64,000 nt of DNA from Macrostomum lignano (lineage: Eukaryota), in contig NIVC01002343.1 of assembly GCA_002269645.1 (NCBI GenBank), forward strand, positions 1 to 64,000, written 5' to 3'. Shown piece after piece: positions 1 through 11,659 of the stretch (the stretch's first letter is position 1; each line of letters opens with the position of its first letter). The position numbers and the translations under genes are program-made. The notes beneath the pieces are model-generated. The model saw only the letters and a program-made list of their open reading frames with translations, did no database searches and had not been told where the DNA came from.

Positions 1-1142
1 CACAGCCAACCCTACACCTTGACCTTCAAATGACACTTTCCAATGACAGGAATGTGAGCTCCTCCAAAAGCCATCAACACAGTGTGAGTTTTTAGCAACA
101 GCTCACTGACTAGGAAATAATCTGCTGGCAACACGCTCATCTCTGCTCCGGTGTCTAGCTTGCATTGCAGCTTTTTACCATCTGGAAGCTGAACTTCTGC
201 TAACCAACTGGAACAATTATCAGTCTGCAGTGTTCCAATAAAATACACCTCTTCACCAGCACTAGCATCCTCACCTTCAGCTGCTGTTACAGTCATAACC
301 CTCCGGTTATTGTTGCTTTGACATTGACTGCGAAAGTGGTTCAGACGGCCACAGGACAGACACCGCTTACCAAAAGCCGGACACTTGCCATCACGATGAC
401 TGTAACCGCAGTTGTGACAGCGACTTTCTCCAGGAAGGTGTCCCTGAAGTTGACTCGGGTTTGAACTTTGGCCAGGTTGGCCCTGCGCTGTCGACTGGGC
501 CGCTGTACTCGACACTGGGCGCCCTGAGTTGCAGATTTGTTGCTGCCGAGGCACTGCCGGAGCAGGTGACAACCTTACAATGTTTAGGCCTTTCTCGACT
601 TCCTTTAGCTGATGTCGTGCGGACTCTGCAGCTCTGCACATGTCAATTGCCGTTCTCAGGTCCAAGTCCGGTTCTCAAAGTAGCCGCTCTCGCATTCGTG
701 AGTCGTTGCACCCCAGGACGATCTTGTCTCGAATCATTTTCTCTTTTTGTGTTTCGAAATTGCACGTTCCAGCCAGACGTTTCAAATCAGTCACAAACAG
801 GTCAACTGGCTCAGACTCCTTCTGGTCGCGTTCCCAGAACTTAAAATGCTCAAAGACTTCGCTTGTACGCGGACTGAAGTGCTCATCGAATAGCTCCAGC
901 AACTTGTCAAAAGCTATTAGTCGCCTTGCTGTTGCACCCTCTGCTGTTTCCTCTTCTATTTCTGTCTCCAGGGTGTTATAAATGTCAAGGCCATTGTCAC
1001 CGATCAGATGCAAAAACAAATTTATTCGACGCTCTTCGCCAACAATTCCAGTTGCCTTGAGGTATATAAAAAATCTTTGTCACCAGCGTTTCCAAGACTC
1101 GTTGGAGTCCGTCTCCAACTCTTCGGGTGGCTTCAGGTCCAT
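1..1142 (-). pseudogene. gag-protease ORF broken by in-frame stops
   Basis: One frame from ATG 1142 (MDLKPPEEL..SWKRW*QRFFIYL) with TGA at 1082-1080, TGA at 677-675 and TAG at 14-12; ORF-track pieces 675..1019 and 12..665 are in the same frame. Confidence 0.85.
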
Positions 1143-1171
1143 GCTTTGAGTCTAGCTAGCTTGCAACGCCA

Positions 1172-1331
1172 TGTAATGAATGCGCAACCGAGAGAAACTT
1201 GTATTATTCAAGAGTGCCAAAAAGCATATTATATAGAGGGGCGAGGGGGGCTGAGCAATTGATAGCAACATACATGATTGGGGGATGGGGCGGCTGGGGT
1301 GCAGATGTGCGTACAATAAATTATAGTTACA
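1172..1331 (-). repeat. 5' LTR (160 bp) followed by PBS-like TGGCGTTGC (1171-1163)
   Basis: Minus strand begins TGTAA (1331) and ends TTACA (1172), a perfect 5-bp terminal inverted repeat; internal TATATAAT; TGG starts immediately after the terminal CA. Confidence 0.75.
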
Positions 1332-2099
1332 AGTGCATCACTGACAAAGGTCTCAAACAATTGTATAATACATGATATGCAGCTAGAAGTTTATTAAGAT
1401 GTTAGCATTATAAAAGTCTAAATTATAACAATTTTTAGACTTCATTTATTAAGCCTAGCCCTATATAGCTTTAATAATAATAATAATAAACAATAATTAG
1501 TTATTAAGATAGGCCTAGGGAGAGCTACATATAAGATATAGTTATTGATTGCATAATGTGATTCTATCTATTTTCAGTTTATCTATTAGCATGTAACTTG
1601 TAGCTCCCTCCTTCTTGGTCTATATTAGTACTTAGTATTAAATATAAATAATTAAAATTTAGCTATTTTAAGATATGCTTAATTTTTTGTAGCAATATCT
1701 AGATTATATTGCATATATTCAAATTGTATATTATTCCTATATGCCTAAGTATATGCCAATTTTGCAAATGGCTTTTGTATACTAGACTAGATTACCATAA
1801 TTTATAGGGTACTCACTGACTAGAAGTTATAATCCCTGGAAAAACTATGTGTATAGTATTCAATTTTTGCTTTTGTGCATGTAACATTATGTATATCCTT
1901 TTTATTTAACCATTTTAGAACACTTGTCATCAATGCCTGTGCAATTCTCAACTTTAAATTGTAAGTTTTGAACTTTTGTTTTTCTGTATAATAAATAGAA
2001 AGCAAAAAATGATACAATATTTGTGATGTATTTGAATATTGGCTAATTTTCGACAAAAAAATCACCCCCAACATTTATTGACTAGTTCTCTAAGCACAT

Positions 2100-2935
2100 C
2101 CTATTCACACTGCTGGCACTTCAATAAATCCACCCAACTCACTGCTGGTGCTCCAATGCCACCCAACTCACTGCTGGCACTTCAATAATGCCACCCAACT
2201 CACTGCTGGCACTTCAATAATGCCACCCAACTCACTGCTGGCACTTCAATAATGCCACCCAACTCACTGCTGGTGCTCCAATGCCACCCAACTCACACTG
2301 CTGGTGCTCCAATGCCACCCAACTCACACTGCTGGTGCTCCAATGCCACCCAACTCACACTGCTGGTGCTCCAATGCCACCCAACTCACTGCTGGCACTT
2401 CAATAATGCCACCCAACTCACTGCTGGCACTTCAATAATGCCACCCAACTCACTGCTGGTGCTCCAATGCCACCCAACTCACACTGCTGGTGCTCCAATG
2501 CCACCCAACTCACACTGCTGGTGCTCCAATGCCACCCAACTCACACTGCTGGTGCTCCAATGCCACCCAACTCACACTGCTGGTGCTCCAATGCCACCCA
2601 ACTCACACTGCTGGTGCTCCAATGCCACCCAACTCACACTGCTGGTGCTCCAATGCCACCCAACTCACTGCTGGTGCTCCAATGCCACCCAACTCACACT
2701 GCTGGTGCTCCAATGCCACCCAACTCACACTGCTGGTGCTCCAATGCCACCCAACTCACACTGCTGGTGCTCCAACGCCACCCAACTCACTGCTGGTACT
2801 CCAATGCCACCCAACTCCCACTGCTGGTGCTCCAATGCCACCCAACTCCCACTGCTGGTGCTCCAATGCCACCCAACTCACACTGCTGGTGCTCCAATGC
2901 CACCCAACTCACACTGCTGGTACTCCAACACCACA
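2100..2935 (+). repeat. 29/31-bp C-rich minisatellite (AATGCCACCCAACTCACACTGCTGGTGCTCC), intronic
   Basis: About 28 tandem units, ending roughly 30 bp before the SMIM7 acceptor. Confidence 0.95.
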
Positions 2936-2962
2936 CTGCTCAAACCCACTCTCGAACCCCAG

Positions 2963-3125
2963 GAGAGACGAGAAGCAGCACCAATTCGAGTTTGAGGACG
3001 CCAGCCGCGCCTCCTTCGGGGACAAAACGCGAGAGTTTCTGCGCAGCCTTCGCTACTTTCGCGTGTTTATCGGCCTGTGGAACATCTTTGTCATACTACT
3101 CATGCTGACAGTGTTCAGCAGTTAG
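2963..3125 (+). CDS. SMIM7: Small integral membrane protein 7, terminal coding exon (first exon not in the window)
   Basis: RDEK..SFGDKTREFLRSLRYFRVFIGLWNIFVILLMLTVFSS* matches the SMIM7 C-terminal motif ([24 protein letters not shown]); acceptor CCCCAG|G at 2962, phase 2. Confidence 0.88.
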
Positions 3126-4188
3126 CAGTGTGCAAGTTGCTGGCTAGTGGAAGATTTTTATACTCACATTATTGTGTTAATCAGTAAATCTCTGTTTCTT
3201 AATACCCAACAGTTTGCTGTAGGCGGTGCCTGGTTTTCAATTCACCCTGAATGTCATTTGATAGAGTAACTAATAGGATTTCACTGATTGCACTGTTAAC
3301 TCATTCAGTAGAAGCTGTAATATCGTAAATGCGTTAAATTTAAGCATTAACAAATTATGACAGCTGTTAACTTGTGTTATGGTTAGGGTTCCTGCCGGTA
3401 CAGCTTTCCTGTTTTTTGCTGTGTACATATTCTGATAATACATTGAGAAAGCCATTGTGCTTATTTTGTCTGCTGAACTAATTTTGAACTCATTTCATTG
3501 CCTTGCTAATATTGAAAATGTTCTGTTCGTTTCGATGCTCTCTTATTTCGCTAATTTCAGTGAGAAGTTTGTTAGACAAAACTGTCACCATAAAGTGGCT
3601 ATCAATTAATTCTTAATTTATTAACGATTATCGAGTGTTTGTAAAGCTTTGGGGGTCACAACTTGACGTAGATAGGTTAGTTACCTTATGGACCCTGGGC
3701 TTAATTTCTTAATTAGCTAGTCGCATGGGCTTCTAAGTGATGATTTTGACACTATTTTCAGCGATTCTGGCATGTACGATCTTTGGAGAGTACTGTGCAT
3801 GTATTGTGGTTATGCTAGTAACAAATTGAATGGTGATTTAACAGAGAACTACTTAATGTGCAATGCAGATAGACAGAGTTAGCCTATAAAAGGACAGGAT
3901 TTTTCACTTGTATTTGTGTGATTCAAATTGTTATTTAACTTCTGCTGGTAACTGGAATACAGGGGAGTACATGAGCACTAATTTGATCGGAGATGGCTCA
4001 GAAAAATAGCACTCAAATACCCACCTTTTTCTGCGAAAATTTTCTCATATTGCCCCGTACTTGAAAATGAAACCGGACATTCTGGCATAAACCAATTATT
4101 ATCGGGAAAAGCTCCATTTTGTTTATTGAGATCCTCCAGCTCGATCGGATCAGTCCGAGCTGCTTTGTGTTGCCATTCGATTGCAGAT

Positions 4189-5635
4189 TCACGGCGAGTT
4201 GCAGAGGTTCCGCAGTTCGTCGAACTGGCTCGTGTCGAGGTTGCCAGTCAGCAGGGCCCAGCACTGCAGCCAGCCGTCAAACGGTTCGATTCCGTTTCTC
4301 ATGCAGTTTCCAATCAGCAGGGTGTCGTGGATGGTGTACAGGCTGCCACTCGACTTCCTGGGACTGCCGCCCCAAGTCTGGCGCGCCACCGTGGCTCCGT
4401 TAAGGTGAGTAGCGAAGTCCAGGCCATCAAAGTTGATTCCGACGCTCTCCACTCTCTGAACCGAGCCGACATCCAGAGCGTTGTTGCTAGTGTAATGGCG
4501 GAAAAGCACATCTCCGGTTGGGAAAAACACTTTGGTAGAAATTCTTCCCTGGATGTCGGCATGGAAAGTGCTTGAGTACATGTCGTTTCTCGTGACATCG
4601 ACGAATGCACCGAAGCATTTGGATCTGAAAGTTTCATCGGCAGCTTGCTTACAGTTGCATAATTCTAAGAGTGCTGTAGAGGCCTGTCATCTTAATATCA
4701 TAGAGTGGAGCCCAAGTAACCTGGTACACAAATAATACGCCATTCTGCTCTGACACCAAGGAAGCTGTTTTTAGCAAAATGCGACGAAAATTGGACTTGG
4801 GATAGGGGAAGGCAAGCAAGAGGATAATTTGGGAATCCACATACAATGAGCTTAAATTGACATAATGGTCCCTAATTTTCCCCTTGCTCGTTCTTCTCTA
4901 TCCCCAGTCAGGTTTTGGTCGCTTTTTGCCAAACCCTGCTTTACTGTGAGCAGAATAGCGTATCATTTGTGTACATACAATGTAGGTTACTCTGGCTCCA
5001 GTTTAGAGCTTAAGGCTTTATCTTGCATTAGTAAATGCGCGTAATACATATACATGTACTTACGAGAAGTTCATTCCAAATTTTCCCTGGAAGAACAGGC
5101 TGAACTTCTGTCCGTAGTTGAAGTATTTGTAGAATCCGGGAGTTGAGACCTTCACGTGGGAGCTGCTCGAGCCCTGCAGGCGGACTCCGTCAATCGAGTT
5201 CTGCTCGGCGATGCCCACCGGCTCAGCTGGGAATTCGCACGAGTTGGCCAGATTTTTGTAGCTCTTTCGAAAGTTGTACAGCAGAACAATTTGCATGGAA
5301 AACGAGAGCGACAGCAGGGCGGGATCTGCTGATTTCAGAGACAGCTTCCTTCTAGCGATCATTCCAGGACTGCAGGCTGCAGCTGCAGCCGTATGCGGCA
5401 GGCTATAGCAGACACGGCTGTCTGTCAGGTACACGGACTGCCGGCACCCGCTGCTCAGGGTGCAGCGGAGCACGCACTCGGACTCGCTGGGCGCGGGCAC
5501 CGCCTCCACGCCAAACGGTTCAGCGGGACAGATGCTTTTGGGCTGGAACAGGGCGGAGCTGTCATCGCACTCTGCGTTGACGGCAATACAACTGGCCATC
5601 AGCAGCAGGCAGATGCGGCCTGCGGCGAATTCCAT
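4189..5635 (-). CDS. Secreted PAN/apple-like + concanavalin-A/LamG/pentraxin-like protein, copy A (at least 2 exons)
   Basis: Signal peptide MEFAAGRICLLLMASCIAVNA; PAN-like Cys spacing (SECVLRC..GCRQSVY..CY); donor TC|GTAAGT at 5064/5063; last exon ends FDGWLQCWALLTGNLDTSQFDELRNLC, like a LamG/pentraxin C-terminus. Start of the second exon (about 4570-4683) is unresolved. Confidence 0.65.
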
Positions 5636-7518
5636 GCTTTCTAAGAAACGTTTAAAATAGGGTTATCTGGTTTCAGAAAGCTCCAAAGTTGTGGATTTCT
5701 GCAAGTAAAATTGTAGTCAGTCGCCACAGATGCTTTGGTTTTAAAGTTTTAAATGCTGGCTGACTAAAAGTAGTTACCTGGCTGGCTGCGGGTTGTGGGC
5801 TTCTTGTCTCGTAGCGGTTTTTATGCTGAGGGCCGGCCTGACAGCTGCAGAGGGACGCTGCTTTCCCACACTTCCTCGATCGTAGGCGTTCTCAGTTTTT
5901 TGTCTTTCTAAACGCAGGAAGTTCAAAAGTTCTAAACGCAGGAAGCCTGCTAGTTCTTCGCTTAGCAAGTCCAACGTGCTAAGCGGAACACCTCTTGAGC
6001 ACTCCTTTCATTGTGACATCCTACTATGGCAGGATGAAAGCTCTCTGCTCAGAACAATTGCATTTTCCCTTCTTTGGGGAATTTCTTGTCAGCTTCAGAC
6101 ACTACAAGCAGTAACGAAAAATCGAATCTTCTTGAAGCTTTTTCCTATCTTTTCTCCAGAGCTGTGCTTTCAACGCCTTCATCAGACTCCCGACTGATGC
6201 TACTAATGCTGCCCCCGCGTTGAGTTCGTCTCTAGATGGGCCTCAGGGTTTTCGAGACCCTATAGATTAGTTATAAAGCTGGTAGCAAAAAGTGGATAAC
6301 TTTTAAAAAGATGAGATACGAGTATAGTGGGCATAATGGTATCGCATTCAATGTCATTCTGCTCTATTTTAAGAAAAATACATGTATTTTGAATAGAGAA
6401 TGAATGAAGTAATTCTCAAGTTTGACGAGGATCTGAATTGAAATGTTCAAAATCCGCGAGTTTCAACAGCTTACTGCTTGGATAATATTGAAAGTGTGTT
6501 CTTTTCATTTTTGATGCTCTGTCTTCTTGCAAGTTTCAGTTAATCAATTAATGCTTTCAGCACAAGTGCAGTGTTTTTTCGTTCTACTACCGCTGCTTCG
6601 TCCAGTACAGAATAGTGAACATTATTAGCGGCAGTCTGAACACATTTTAGTTTGGCGAAAGTTGCAGCTGTTAATAACAGCAATTTATAAAATAAATGAG
6701 ATGCCGAATTTCAAGCTCCAGAGTGGAACTCGAAGGAAAGCTCTGGACGGAACCGACTATGCGAGCTCGTACATTCGATAACTTTCCTTATCGTTTGAAT
6801 GAGACGCTGAACTAGATATCCCGTCCGAGTTCTCCCTGGGCTTCCAGGGATATAAAATAAAATAAGCCATTTTTCCTCTCGTCGGCCACATGTACGCTCG
6901 TACCAAAGGGGATTCCATATTTTACTGAGCCGAAGCGGAGCAACGCAGGCACATGAAATTAAAAAACACGGGCTGACCTTTCGTTGCGCACCTTCTCAAA
7001 CAAGAATCAAGTCGCCAGCCCTCCGGACCGTCAAGATATTCGACGATTCTGCCAGAATCAATTATCGACGTATTCAATTCACCCCCTGTGTGCCAATCAA
7101 CACTGCGCCTCAGTGCAGCCTTGCCAAACCTCCAAATTTCATCAGCACGTCGACCAACATGAGCCTGCATCAGCTCTCACTTTGTTGGTCACTGGCTTTT
7201 ACCCAGGTGGAGCTTCTGGAACCTTCAACAGATGGCACCAGGTGACTATGGATACCCTGATGCAAATTCTTCTCGTTTTGCTGATCAAGCCTCGACAGTG
7301 AGAAATCACAACAGCTGGACACTCTCAGCTAGTCTCTCAGGTATTCAAGTCAACACTGTTCAAAGAAAGATGAGTCAATTATCTAAGAACGGACAAAATC
7401 CTAGCGATTGTTTCTCTAATTCCCAATTTAGGCATCTATAAGTTGACCTGAAATCTCCATATCATCCACTTTATGCCCTGGTAGCCTCGCCTGTCATGGC
7501 AAGAGCATAGCTCTGGTC

Positions 7519-7559
7519 CAAGGACCACTAGAAGTTACGGTAACTTCTAGTGGTCCTTG
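7519..7559. repeat. Perfect 41-bp palindrome (20-bp stem, 1-nt loop)
   Basis: CAAGGACCACTAGAAGTTAC-G-GTAACTTCTAGTGGTCCTTG. Confidence 0.97.
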
Positions 7560-7830
7560 TTCTGACCATGTACGATATTTGGATTTAGCTGCATACATGT
7601 GCATTGTGCTGCAGCTCGTGCCAAATTGAATGGTGATTTAACAGAAGGCTGATCAATATGCAATGCAGATAGACAGATCTAGCCTACTAAGGACAGACAT
7701 TTTCACTTTTATTTGTGTGATTCACTGCATACGGGGAGACGGATATTCGGGTGGCTAATTTGATCGGGAACAACTCAGAAAAAACACTTAAGAATGCGAG
7801 CCTTTCTGTGAAATTCTGGATCTTACTCGT

Positions 7831-8259
7831 ACCAAGGACCACGATCAGTAGAAGGACGAGAAGCCTCGTTTCTTAGAAAAATTTCAGGTGGCATGCAGGT
7901 TTTTCCAAAAGCTACACTTACGGAGATTGAGACCGTTCATCTTTTGATATGCTGTGCCTTTCTTATAGTTCACTTGATACGAGTATTCATAAAGCTTTTC
8001 GTTCAGAAAATTAGGATTGGAATCCTTATTCCAGAATCCTTATTTTCTGAAAGAAAAGCTTTATGAATATCAAGTGAACTATAAGAAAGGCACAGCATAT
8101 CAAAAGATGAACATTGGGTCTGCTTCCTATCGAAAGCAATAACAATTCTGGTGCTGAAAAATGAAAACTTCCTAGTGTACTTTTTTGAGAAACCTGCATG
8201 CCTCCTAGAATTTTTCCTAGAAACGAGGTTCCCAGACCTTCTACTTGAGTGGTCCTTCG
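7831..8259. mobile_element. Foldback/MITE-like insertion, largely palindromic
   Basis: Imperfect ~90-bp terminal inverted repeats starting CCAAGGACCAC / ending GTGGTCCTTCG; inner 7935-8112 hairpin with a perfect 45-bp stem; absent from the paralogous position in copy A; possible CTCGT target duplication. Confidence 0.75.
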
Positions 8260-8417
8260 CTCGTCCGAGCTACTATACCACGTAGTTGAAAATTGAAAAA
8301 ATTAATATCAGGAAAAATGAAGCTCAGTTTAAAAAATTTCCAATCGTTTGTTTATTGAGATCCTCCAGCTCGATCGGATCAGTCCGAGCTGCTTTGTGTT
8401 GCCATTCGATTGCAGAT

Positions 8418-9861
8418 TCACGGCGAGTTGCAGAGGTTCCGCAGTTCGTCGAACTGGCTCGTGTCGAGGTTGCCTGTCAGCAGAGCCCAGCACTGCAGCC
8501 AGCCGTCAAACGGTTCGATTCCGTTTCTCATGCAGTTTCCAATCAGCAGGGTGTCGTGGATGGTGTACAGGCTGCCACCCGAGTTCCTGGGACCGCCGCC
8601 CCAAGTCTGGCGCGCCACCGTGGCTCCGTTAAGGTGAGTAGCGAAGTCCAGGCCATCAAAGTTGATTCCGACGCTCTCCACTCTCTGAACCGAGCCGACA
8701 TCCAGAGCGTTGTTGCTAGTGTAATGGCGGAAAAGCACATCTCCGGTTGGGAAAAACACTTTGGTAGAAATTCTTCCCTGGATGTCGGCATGGAAAGTGC
8801 TTGAGTACATGTCGTTTCTCGTGACATCGACGAATGCACCGAAGCATTTGGATCTGAAAGTTTCATCGGCAGCTTGCTTACAGTTGCATAATTCTAAGAG
8901 TGCTGTAGAGGCCTGTCATCTTAATATCATAGAGTGGAGCCCAAGTAACCTGGTACACAAATAATACGCCATTCTGCTCTGACACCAAGGAAGCTGTTTT
9001 TAGCAAAATGCGACGAAAATTGGACTTGGGATAGGGGAAGGCAAGCAAGAGGATAATTTGGGAATCCACATACAATGAGCTTAAATTGACATAATGGTCC
9101 CTAATTTTCCCCTTGCTCGTTCTTCTCTATCCCCAGTCAGGTTTTGGTCGCTTTTTGCCAAACCCTGCTTTACTGTGAGCAGAATAGCGTATCATTTGTG
9201 TACATACAATGTAGGTTACTCTGGCTCCAGTTTAGAGCTTAAGGCTTTATCTTGCATTAGTAAATGCGCGTAATACATATACATGTACTTACGAGAAGTT
9301 CATTCCAAATTTTCCCTGGAAGAACAGGCTGAACTTCTGTCCGTAGTTGAAGTATTTGTAGAATCCGGGAGTTGAGACCTTCACGTGGGAGCTGCTCGAG
9401 CCCTGCAGGCGGACTCCGTCAATCGAGTTCTGCTCGGCGATGCCCACCGGCTCAGCTGGGAATTCGCACGAGTTGGCCAGATTTTTGTAGCTCTTTCGAA
9501 AGTTGTACAGCAGGACAATTTGCATGGAAAACGAGAGCGACAGCAGGTCGGGGGGTGTCGCCGGAGACAGCTTCCCTCTAGCGATCATTCCAGGACTGCA
9601 GGCTGCAGCTACAGCCGCATGTGGCAGGCTGTAGCAGGCACGGCTGTCTGTCAGGTACACGGACTGCCGGCACCCGCTGCTCAGGGTGCAGCGGAGCACG
9701 CACTCGGACTCGCTGGGCGCGGGCACCGCCTCCACGCCGAACGGTTCAGCGGGACAGATGCTTTTGGGCTGGAACAGGGCGGAGCTGTCATCGCACTCTG
9801 CGTTGACGGCAATACAACTGGCCATCAGCAGCAGGCAGATGCGGCCTGCGGCGAATTCCAT
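8418..9861 (-). CDS. Secreted PAN/apple-like + ConA/LamG-like protein, copy B
   Basis: Near-identical to copy A (offset about 4229 bp); differs mainly in the interdomain linker. Confidence 0.65.
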
Positions 9862-11659
9862 GCTTTCTAAGAAATGTTTATAGGGTTATGTGGTTTCAGA
9901 AGGCAGTTTTTCAGGCTCCAAAGTTGTCGATTTCTGCAAGTAAAATTGTAGCCAGCCGCCACAGATGCTTTGGTTTAAATTCTTTCAATTCTGGCCGACA
10001 ATGGAAATTGTGGGGAGTTTGTCTCTGCTACAAGCAGGAAGACTTTCTCCCCCCCCCCAATATTTCCGGAGCAAAACATTTCCCGTAAACGTGCTTCGCG
10101 GCATGGATGCCAGTTTCCGTTATTTTCTTTTTGTTGCCAGCGCAACTGCGCTCAATAGTTCCCGCATCTGCTGCTCTGCGATCTGCCCCCTTTCCTTCTC
10201 ACGTTTGCATTGCCCCCGCTCTACCCCCCCCCACCGTGTTTACCGTCAAGTTTCTGTCGCTTCTGGTCTGTGCTACACTTTGCCATCACCTGCACCATGC
10301 ATGCACATCCGCTTTGCTCCTGCAGCCGAGTCAGCCTGCCGCGGTTTGAAGGCAGTCAGGCAGGACACCAGGCTTTTCCAATTCTCCCGTCTTAACCAAG
10401 GTAATCATTGTTTAATCCCATATAGAAGCCCGATCACGTGAGCTGAATTACATGTAGGATCAGGTATCCACTCCGATGTATTTCTGTTGAAATTCTCGCG
10501 CCTCTACCTGTACACGTAGCTTTTAGTCTGGTTTGGAATTTCTATAATTGCTTTCATTTTAAGCAAAACATCCAACAAGTTTTAATAATTTTGATTTCGA
10601 TTTTTAAGCGACGTTGTCACAACCGCAGAGAGGCATTGCTGTCCATTCCGCCGACTCCCCTGAGCAGGCACACAAGCGCGCGGATACGTACGCAGTCAAA
10701 CGCACAGGCACACGCTCACACGGGAGTGTACAGCGGCCCTAACTATATTTATCGTTAGGCGTGTACACTTCACTGCGCCTTGGCGTTAATTGAGCTCAAA
10801 ATTGATGTGACTACAACTAAGAATCGAGCCTGGGCCGCTGGCACATAAGAGCGTTGCACTTTTAGACCACTAGTCTGGGCTGTGGCGCTTAAATGGACGG
10901 CAGGCTGGACTCCCCTCAGTGATCCCAAAAATTCATTTCCGAATACCGTTGTACGAATTCACAGAGAAGCGGATTTTCACTGATTGAATTTGTTGAAATT
11001 AAGTTGCCACAAACAGACAAGCGGAACTGGAGTGGAGAACCAAAACCCAGCCAAAGTGTCAGATGCGCTGAACACTGAAAACTCGTGTATGTTAGCAATG
11101 AATGAAGCATGCTACAGACAGTATAAAGCTGACACAGAGGCCATGGTGAGATGCAAAAAGATTGTAAAAAACGGGGAACAACAAATATTGCCAGACAGAG
11201 TGAAATAATTTGCTATTCAGACAGTTGATTTGGTCGCATAAGAATGTTGCAGAGGCCAGGGGATCTTCAAGCTTCAGTGCAGCTCACTGTAAAACTGGGG
11301 CAAAATGACATCAGATTTGACTAGACTGAGCGGCCAGGCTGCATGCTGACAAGGATGGAGATTCCGCCAGAATCAGCCCTGCCCACTCGCTGATAAATGA
11401 TTACAATAAAAAAGACAAAGAAGTCAATCAGAAACGCGTGTCGGAAAAGTCAATCTTTACTAATAAAAGTAGTCAGCACAACATTTGCGTAACAATAAAA
11501 GCGAGAGGGAATAAAAGTTGCGGGTAAATGTAGACTATTTACAGGAATACAAGCGGATAACAAGCAGATTGCATAATAGGCTAATAAAACTTGATCTAGA
11601 TCCTCAGATCCAGGGATTCTAAGCAAAACAGATAGGGGATTCTCAATGCTGACTGATTA

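Larger units (their letters stand above)
1..1331 (-). mobile_element. Gypsy/Ty3-type LTR retrotransposon, 5' part (5' LTR, PBS, gag, protease); runs off the window start
   Basis: Gag motif IRDKIVLG..RMRERLL*EPDL, two CCHC-type knuckles (CHNCGYSH..C; CLSCGRLNHFRSQC), aspartic protease LDTGAEMSV; LTR and PBS directly upstream. Confidence 0.9.

Noticed and set aside
675-677. Programmed readthrough or selenocysteine at the gag TGA
   Set aside because: Three separate in-frame stops (two TGA, one TAG) point to decay rather than recoding.
2252-2960. Cys/His-rich repeat ORFs as metal-binding proteins
   Set aside because: Translation of the intronic minisatellite; only the part after the AG at 2962 matches SMIM7.
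4119-4575. Plus-strand ORFs overlapping the lectin last exon (also 8286..8804)
   Set aside because: Antisense shadows of the minus-strand exon, which has the spliced, signal-peptide-bearing frame.
5774-5974. 66-aa minus-strand ORF ending at a CAG|GTAACT donor-like site
   Set aside because: No recognisable product, no counterpart upstream of copy B, and no coding bias; left uncalled.
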